Shown here in pieces: positions 25,874 to 32,000 of a stretch of DNA of 32,000 bases. The stretch's first letter is position 1; each line of letters begins with the position of its first letter. The DNA is taken from NCBI RefSeq assembly GCF_000020025.1, contig NC_010628.1:2580001-2612000 (forward strand), written 5' to 3'. The position numbers were made by a program, and so were the translations under genes. The notes under the pieces are model-generated. The model was given only the letters and a program-made list of their open reading frames with translations, ran no database searches and was not told the origin of the DNA. This DNA is from Nostoc punctiforme PCC 73102. Its GTDB lineage: Bacteria > Cyanobacteriota > Cyanobacteriia > Cyanobacteriales > Nostocaceae.

Positions 25874-27020
25874 AAATGCTCAAACTTGGGATGGACCTGC
25901 ATTAGCATGGCTGAATTTAATTCACGCTAAAACTCGATTTTTTGTCGCACTCTCTGCAATTGGTTTCGCGGTTACTCTGATTTTTATGCAGTTGGGATTT
26001 TTAGGCGCTGTACTCAAAACAGCTACTTTCATTTACGATAATCTTAACTTTGACATTGTTTTAATTTCTCCAAAATCGCTCGAAGCTAGCTATACATTAC
26101 CATTTTCTCGGCAACGTTTATATCAAGCAGCAGCAATTCCTGGCGTTGCTTCGGTTGCACCTTTTTATATTTCATTTAAACAATGGCGCAATCCAGAAAC
26201 TAAGTTCACACGTTCAATATTGACAATGGGCTTTAATCCTAAAGATAAAGTATTTAAAGACCCAGAGATTAATAAATATAGACTAGAACTGCAAAGCCAG
26301 GATAAGTTATTAATCAACCGCTATTCACGACCTGAATTTGGTTCACGGCAAGTTGGTTTAAAGACTGAACTGGGAGGTCGTGATATTGAAGTAATTGGAT
26401 TTTTTTCGATGACAAATAGTTTGCGGGCAGATGGGACTGTCGTCATGAACGACCAAAACTTTATTCGTCTTTATACTGGTCGTTCATTTAATGATATTAG
26501 TTTAGGATTAATTAATGTAAACGATCGGGACAATATCAATAAAATTATCCAAAATCTAAAGCAAGTATTACCAAAAGATGTCGAAATTCTAAGCCGCGAA
26601 CAAGCTGGAGAAAGAGATAAAAACTATTGGCTAACATCAACTTCTATCGGCATAATTTTCGGTACAGGGGCAATCATGGCTTTTATTGTTGGAACTGTAA
26701 TAGTTTATCAAGTTCTTTATAGCGATATTACAGAGCATCTCAGCGAATATGCCACATTAAAAGCAATTGGTTACAGTAACTTTAGATTATCTAAAGTAGT
26801 TTTACAAGAAGCAGTTATTCTTGCTTTTCTTGGTTTTATACCTGGATTTTTTATTAGTTCAAGTTTATATATTATAACTCGTTTAGCTACAGGTTTACCA
26901 ATGGAAATGAGTTATGGACGCGCTAGTTTTGTTTTCATATTAGCTAATATTATGTGTTCTATATCTGCTTTATTGTCGTTACGCCAAGTTTTAACAACTG
27001 ACCCCGCTGATGTTTTATAA
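25860..27020 (+). CDS. DevC-family ABC exporter permease (FtsX/MacB-like), paralogue 1
   Basis: 386 aa. The N-terminal LAWLNLIHAKTRFFVALSAIGFAVTLIFMQLGF is DevC-like. It has a large periplasmic loop and a C-terminal FtsX-type 3-TM bundle (LKAIGYSN...). The GTG start overlaps the upstream stop by 14 nt. Confidence 0.85.
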   Translation: MRNRKNAQTWDGPALAWLNLIHAKTRFFVALSAIGFAVTLIFMQLGFLGAVLKTATFIYDNLNFDIVLISPKSLEASYTLPFSRQRLYQAAAIPGVASVAPFYISFKQWRNPETKFTRSILTMGFNPKDKVFKDPEINKYRLELQSQDKLLINRYSRPEFGSRQVGLKTELGGRDIEVIGFFSMTNSLRADGTVVMNDQNFIRLYTGRSFNDISLGLINVNDRDNINKIIQNLKQVLPKDVEILSREQAGERDKNYWLTSTSIGIIFGTGAIMAFIVGTVIVYQVLYSDITEHLSEYATLKAIGYSNFRLSKVVLQEAVILAFLGFIPGFFISSSLYIITRLATGLPMEMSYGRASFVFILANIMCSISALLSLRQVLTTDPADVL

Positions 27021-27022
27021 AT

Positions 27023-28207
27023 ATGCTCTTATTTAAGTTTTCTTTAGCTTGGATTAACTTAGTTCATAATAGACAACGCTTTATCACAGCATTAGGTGCA
27101 GTCGTTTTTGCCGTTGTACTAATGTTTATCCAATTAGGATTTCGGAATGCAATGCTTCAAAGTAGCGTCGAGTTTATCAATCGCTTGGATGCAGATTTAA
27201 TCCTAACTAGCCGTCATCGATACGTTAGCTTTTATGACTATACTTTTAAGAAAAATAGATTATATCAAGTCCAAGGATTTGATGGAGTGCAAGCAGTTTC
27301 ACCATTGTATTTAGCTATTGGGATTTGGAAAAATCAAGGGGGAGTACGTCAACGTCCCATCAGAATTTTTGGATATAACTTAAAATCTCAAACTTTTTCA
27401 ATTCCCGACATTCCTAATTATATTAATGCTTTACAGTTTCCAGATACTGTGATAGCAGATAAAAAATCTCGTCAAGATTTTGGCGATATTACACCAGGAG
27501 TAGAGGTAGAATTACTCGACAGAAAGGTGAAGATTATCGGAAACTTTCAGTTAGGGACTGATTTTGTTGCTGATGGAAACTTAATTACTAGCGACCAGAA
27601 TTTTCTAAGAATATTTCACGGACATCCTTACGGGGATTTTGGTAACATTCGTACTTCCTTAGATGATGTTGATTTTGGATTGATTAAGATTAAATCGCAC
27701 GATTTTAATGTCAAAAACTTGGTAGAAATCCTCAATAAATCTTTGCCTCCAGATGTTGTAGTCATGACTAAAAAAGAATTTATAGAGCAAGATATCAAGT
27801 ATTTTGATAAATCTACTCCCATTGGTTTTATGTTTGGTTTAGGAACAGTAATTGGCTTTTTTGTAGGCATAATTGTTGTTTACAATATTATTTATACAGA
27901 TATTAATAATAACTTACCTCAATACGGCACTCTCAGAGCCATCGGATATTCTAATTCATACTTGTTTGCCATTATTGTATTGCAGTCAGCAATCTTAGCA
28001 ATAATTGGTTTTTTTCCAGGCTTATTTGCAAGCATATTAATTTATCAGGTTATGGCAAAATCTACTGGCTTATTAGTGGAGATGAGTCTTGGTGTTGCCT
28101 CCTTGGTAGCAATTCTCACGATTTTTATGTGCATATTAGCAGGATTAATCGGTGCCAAAAAAATACAAGGACTAGACCCAGCAGAAGTATACGAGCAAAA
28201 AACATGA
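27023..28207 (+). CDS. DevC-family ABC exporter permease, paralogue 2
   Basis: 394 aa with the same architecture (LAWINLVHNRQRFITALGAVVFAVVLMFIQLGF ... LRAIGYSN). Starts 2 nt after the stop of paralogue 1. Confidence 0.85.
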   Translation: MLLFKFSLAWINLVHNRQRFITALGAVVFAVVLMFIQLGFRNAMLQSSVEFINRLDADLILTSRHRYVSFYDYTFKKNRLYQVQGFDGVQAVSPLYLAIGIWKNQGGVRQRPIRIFGYNLKSQTFSIPDIPNYINALQFPDTVIADKKSRQDFGDITPGVEVELLDRKVKIIGNFQLGTDFVADGNLITSDQNFLRIFHGHPYGDFGNIRTSLDDVDFGLIKIKSHDFNVKNLVEILNKSLPPDVVVMTKKEFIEQDIKYFDKSTPIGFMFGLGTVIGFFVGIIVVYNIIYTDINNNLPQYGTLRAIGYSNSYLFAIIVLQSAILAIIGFFPGLFASILIYQVMAKSTGLLVEMSLGVASLVAILTIFMCILAGLIGAKKIQGLDPAEVYEQKT

Positions 28208-29526
28208 GAATTGAACCAATAATTAAAGTTAGCAAAATTAATCATTATTACGGTACGGGACAACTGCGAAAGCAAATCTTGTTTGATATCAGTACAGAAA
28301 TTCAAGCCGGAGAAATTGTGATTGTAACTGGACCTTCGGGTTCGGGAAAAACTACCCTATTAAATTTAATTGGTGCGTTGAGTTCAGTTCAAGAAGGTAG
28401 CTTGACAGTTTTAGGACAAGAGTTAAATCGAGCTAATAATAAACTATTAGAAAATGTCAGAAAAAATATTGGTTTTATATTTCAAGCTCATAATTTACTA
28501 ACTTCTTTAACAGCTAGCCAGAACGTACAAATGTCATTAGCTTTGCATGGGGGTATTTCTAAACGAGAAGCTGAACGAAAAGCGCAAGCAATACTAGAAA
28601 TGGTAGGACTAGGCGAACGGGTTAATTATTATCCCAATCAAATGTCTGGAGGACAAAAACAAAGGGTAGCGATCGCACGCGCTCTTGTTACAAACCCTAG
28701 TGTCATTCTTGCGGACGAACCCACAGCTGCTTTGGATAAAAAAAGCGGGCGAGATGTTGTCGAAATGCTTCAATATCTAGCAAAACAGCAAGGTTGTGCA
28801 ATTTTATTAGTGACTCACGATAACCGCATCCTTGATGTTGCAGATAGAATTATTAGTTTGGAAGATGGATTTCTTACCTCATCAAAAAATACATCTTCAA
28901 ATAATTCTCATCGGTTGGCAAGTTTAAAAGGTGAGTTGATTAATCATGTTGAAGATTTGTCATTAAAAGATTTTTTAAGTTTACTTCAGCAAGTGACAGG
29001 AGAATTTCAAAGTTTTTTAAGCTTAATCGATAATGAAGCTACAGGAAAGTGTTTAGAAGAAATTATCGAGGCAATAACTTTGAAAATTACACATTTATTA
29101 CAAGCCGAGCGAAGCACTATTTTTATAGTAGATGATACTTCTGGAAACTTGTGGTCAGAAATTATTCAGAGTAATCGCAAAAAAATTTTAAAAGTTGGCA
29201 TAACTGCTCATTTTGGTGTTGCTGCTCATGTGGCAGCAACTAGAGAATGCTTGAATATTCCCATAGCTTTGCAAGATTACCGCTATAGCCCAGCAATTGA
29301 CGAACAAACTGGATATCAAACTCGAAATATTTTATGCTTACCAATTTTAAATAGTCAAAGTAAAGTCTTGGCAATTTCACAAGTTTTAAATAAGATTGGT
29401 AATAACTGTTTCGATCGTAAAGACGAGCAGCTATTAGGTGAATTCTCTCAACAGATTTCAGCTATTTTTGATATGTGGTGTCATTTACAAAAATTACATA
29501 AAACCTCAATAAGTGGTAAATATTAA
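28204..29526 (+). CDS. DevA-family ABC ATPase with C-terminal GAF domain (NKFDE-type)
   Basis: The ATG at 28204 overlaps the upstream TGA (ATGA). Walker A GPSGSGKTT, signature MSGGQKQR, Walker B ILADEPT, H-loop VTHD. After about aa 225 comes a GAF-like domain (AERSTIFIVDD..LWS...GVAAHVAATRECLNIP..YRYSPAIDEQTGYQTRNILCLPIL) with NKIGNNCFDRKDE at 29389-29427. The 5' extension in the ORF track (from 28129) lies inside the upstream gene. Confidence 0.85.
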   Translation: MRIEPIIKVSKINHYYGTGQLRKQILFDISTEIQAGEIVIVTGPSGSGKTTLLNLIGALSSVQEGSLTVLGQELNRANNKLLENVRKNIGFIFQAHNLLTSLTASQNVQMSLALHGGISKREAERKAQAILEMVGLGERVNYYPNQMSGGQKQRVAIARALVTNPSVILADEPTAALDKKSGRDVVEMLQYLAKQQGCAILLVTHDNRILDVADRIISLEDGFLTSSKNTSSNNSHRLASLKGELINHVEDLSLKDFLSLLQQVTGEFQSFLSLIDNEATGKCLEEIIEAITLKITHLLQAERSTIFIVDDTSGNLWSEIIQSNRKKILKVGITAHFGVAAHVAATRECLNIPIALQDYRYSPAIDEQTGYQTRNILCLPILNSQSKVLAISQVLNKIGNNCFDRKDEQLLGEFSQQISAIFDMWCHLQKLHKTSISGKY

Positions 29527-29527
29527 C

Positions 29528-31249
29528 ATGATTATTTGCCCGGATTTGGCTTCAGAAAAATTTGCAACATTAATTGAACTGCTCCGCTTTAGAGCATTTT
29601 CGCAACCCGACGAAATAGCTTATACATTTTTACTAGAGGGTGAAAAAGATACAGTTAACTTAACTTATGCACAATTAGATAAACAAGCTCAAACTATTGC
29701 CGCTTATTTGCAATTCAAAGAGCAAGTTCTGCTGTTGTATCCACCGGGCTTAGAGTATATTGCAGCTTTCTTCGGATGTCTGTATGCTGGTGCGATCGCA
29801 GTTCCAGCTTATCCACCTCGTCCAAATCGCTCTTTACAACGACTTCAGTCAATTGTTGCTGATGCAGAGGCTAGTATAGTACTGACGAATACGGCTGTTC
29901 TCTCAAATTTAGAGCGACAGTTAGCGGAATTACCTGATTTAAGAGCATTAAATTGGCTAACTACTGATAGTACTGATAATAATTTAGCCAACAAATGGCA
30001 GCAGCCAGAAATAGATAGCGATTCCCTAGCATTTTTGCAATACACATCAGGTTCTACGGGTACACCCAAGGGAGTAATGGTTAGTCATGGAAATTTACTC
30101 CACAATCAAAAGATGATTCAGGCAGGTTTTCAAAATACAGAGAAAACCATTATTGTTGGCTGGTTGCCCTTATATCATGATATGGGTTTAATTGGTAATG
30201 TACTGCAACCTTTGTACTTGGGTGTTCGCTGTATTCTCATGTCTCCAGTTGCTTTTCTGCAACGTCCAATTCGCTGGCTAGAAGCAATTTCCCGCTACCA
30301 GGGTACTACCAGTGGTGGCCCTAATTTTGCTTTTGACTTGTGTATGCGAAAAGTGACTCCTCAACAACTATCTGCTCTCGATTTAAGCAGTTGGAATGTA
30401 GCTTTTAATGGAGCAGAACCTGTACGTGTAGAAACGATTGAAAAGTTTTCATCCACCTTTGCATCCTGTGGTTTCCGAAAAGAAGCTTTTTATCCTTGTT
30501 ATGGGATGGCAGAAACAACTTTATTTGTTTCTGGTGGAATAAAAACAGATGCACCCGTTTACATCACAGTTCGAGAAGATGAATTAGCGCAAAACCGCAT
30601 CGTTTTAGCACAAGGAACCGAAGGAACTCGAACTTTGGTCGGTTGTGGGCAGACTTACATTAATCAAGAAATTGCGATCGCAAATCCTGAAACTTTAATT
30701 CGCTGTGCTGCTGATGAAGTTGGCGAAATCTGGGTTGCGGGTTCGAGTATTACTCAAGGTTACTGGAATCGTCTCGAACTAACCGAGCAAGTATTTCGGG
30801 CTAATCTTGCTGACTCGAAAAAACAGTTTTTCCGCACGGGAGACTTGGGGTTCCTGCATAATGGTGAATTATTTATTACTGGTCGTCTAAAGGATTTAAT
30901 TATTATTCACGGTCGCAACCATTATCCTCAAGACATTGAGATGACTGTAGCCGATAGTCACGAGGCATTAATACTCGGAGCCGGGGCAGCTTTTACAATT
31001 GATAGCAAAGGGGAAGAAAGATTAGCGATTGTACAAGAAATAGACCGTCATTACAGAAACTTAGATAATGATGCTGTTACCGAAGTGATTAGGACTGCGA
31101 TCGCACAGCAGCATGAATTACAAGTCCATGCGATCGCACTGATAAAAATGGGTAGTATTTGCAAAACGTCGAGTGGCAAAATTCAGCGTCATGCCTGCCG
31201 AAATGCTTTTATTAACGGAACCCTAGAGTTATGGGGTAAAAATAAATAA
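29528..31249 (+). CDS. fatty acyl-AMP ligase (FAAL)
   Basis: The ATG at 29528 lies 1 nt after the upstream stop. LQYTSGSTGTPKGVMVSHGNLLHN, WLPLYHDMGLIG, GGPNFAFDLC, YGMAETT, FRTGDLGF and SSGKIQR are typical of FadD32-like FAALs rather than acyl-CoA synthetases. Confidence 0.85.
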   Translation: MIICPDLASEKFATLIELLRFRAFSQPDEIAYTFLLEGEKDTVNLTYAQLDKQAQTIAAYLQFKEQVLLLYPPGLEYIAAFFGCLYAGAIAVPAYPPRPNRSLQRLQSIVADAEASIVLTNTAVLSNLERQLAELPDLRALNWLTTDSTDNNLANKWQQPEIDSDSLAFLQYTSGSTGTPKGVMVSHGNLLHNQKMIQAGFQNTEKTIIVGWLPLYHDMGLIGNVLQPLYLGVRCILMSPVAFLQRPIRWLEAISRYQGTTSGGPNFAFDLCMRKVTPQQLSALDLSSWNVAFNGAEPVRVETIEKFSSTFASCGFRKEAFYPCYGMAETTLFVSGGIKTDAPVYITVREDELAQNRIVLAQGTEGTRTLVGCGQTYINQEIAIANPETLIRCAADEVGEIWVAGSSITQGYWNRLELTEQVFRANLADSKKQFFRTGDLGFLHNGELFITGRLKDLIIIHGRNHYPQDIEMTVADSHEALILGAGAAFTIDSKGEERLAIVQEIDRHYRNLDNDAVTEVIRTAIAQQHELQVHAIALIKMGSICKTSSGKIQRHACRNAFINGTLELWGKNK

Positions 31250-31307
31250 TTTTGAGCGGTTTTACGTAGATAGACAAAAAACAAATTCAATACATTCTTG
31301 TAGAACA

Positions 31308-31568
31308 ATGAAAAACAAAAATTTAGAAGCAATTCAAGCTTGGTTCATTTCTTACATTGCTGATTTATTAGAAATAGAACCCGCACAGATAGACATCCAT
31401 AAATCCTTTGATAGCTATGGCTTAGATTCAGTTAGTGCTATTACTGTTGTAGGGGATTTAGAAGATTGGTTGGGGTTTAGTATTCCTTCTGAAATAGTTT
31501 ACAAATATCCCAGCATTGAGGCTTTGAGTCAACATTTAGCTCAAAATAACGGTTCTACCGATCCCTGA
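31308..31568 (+). CDS. acyl carrier protein (phosphopantetheine-binding)
   Basis: 86 aa with a GLDSVSAI motif providing the Ser attachment site within a typical ACP helix-II context. Starts 58 nt downstream of the FAAL gene. Confidence 0.8.
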   Translation: MKNKNLEAIQAWFISYIADLLEIEPAQIDIHKSFDSYGLDSVSAITVVGDLEDWLGFSIPSEIVYKYPSIEALSQHLAQNNGSTDP

Positions 31569-32000
31569 CTCGCTCTGCGTGACGCGGTAAACTGTCTATA
31601 CTTAACAGTAATTTCTGGATAGGTTTATACGGACAAAATTGGATAACTGCTTTTCATGAGTGTCAAATATGGGTTGAGGAACTCATGGGTTCTATTCGCA
31701 ATAAGCAGAGGTTTTATCGCCAGGGTTTGAAAGCTATGTCACTTATACAGCAAGCTCTTTAGCTCCTCTGTCGCCCCCTGAAAGCAGGAGCAGCAATTGG
31801 ACCGGGCGATCAAGGACTATGGTCGCCAATTGTGCCACCACGCCCAAGTATTGATGAAGTAGAACAACGCCAAAGACCTCAAGAAGAAGCAGGCAAACTA
31901 GAATTGCAGAAAACGGTGAAATATGAAATTACTTATGGTGTAGGTGAGTAACAGAAAATGCTACCTACTAACTATGATGTTTATCGACAGGTAGTGAATG

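Noticed and set aside
28129-28203. 5' extension of the DevA-like ORF (MHISRINRCQKNTRTRPSRSIRAKN)
   Set aside because: It lies completely inside the upstream permease gene in another frame. The conserved ATPase N-terminus begins at the ATG at 28204, which forms an ATGA overlap with the upstream stop.
31763-31951. 62-codon open frame after the ACP gene (..AAIGPGDQGLWSPIVPPRPSIDEVEQRQRPQEEAGKLELQKTVKYEITYGVGE)
   Set aside because: It has no ATG, only an internal GTG, and no RBS or recognisable motif. It may be a gene fragment but cannot be supported from sequence alone.

Overview
This window looks like chromosomal DNA from a filamentous (Nostocales-like) cyanobacterium. The evidence is many HIP1 palindromes (GCGATCGC), Nostoc-type MITEs, and DevBCA-family genes.

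Positions 1-20 kb are an accessory, mobile-element-scarred mosaic. Apparently intact genes:
- an SDR oxidoreductase and a nitroreductase
- a soluble multi-PAS histidine kinase
- a ThDP-dependent 2-keto-acid decarboxylase
- a GC-rich ECF42-type sigma factor module (YciI/DGPF, SnoaL-like and two VOC proteins)

These are interspersed with decayed or inserted elements:
- remnants of IS630-, IS701/IS4-like-, ISAs1- and ISL3-family elements
- a complete IS630 copy nested inside the ISAs1 remnant, itself carrying a 56-nt insertion
- an intact IS5-family element with TAA target duplications
- several MITEs
- three pseudogenes: a frameshifted Usp, a filamentous-haemagglutinin C-terminal fragment, and an erythromycin-esterase homologue with an in-frame amber codon

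The standout is a tightly packed, same-strand seven-gene operon at 21.0-31.6 kb:
- a cNMP-binding domain fused to an acylating aldehyde dehydrogenase
- a triple fusion of a type-II NADH dehydrogenase, a cNMP-binding-like domain, a TM helix and a DevB-type membrane fusion protein
- two tandem DevC-type permeases
- a DevA-type ABC ATPase with a C-terminal GAF domain carrying the NKFDE cyclic-nucleotide signature
- a fatty acyl-AMP ligase
- an acyl carrier protein

I read this as a candidate cyclic-nucleotide-gated lipid activation, redox modification and export system. I do not recognise it as a described system, but I cannot search databases to confirm novelty. All functional calls come from motif-level reading of the translated ORFs.
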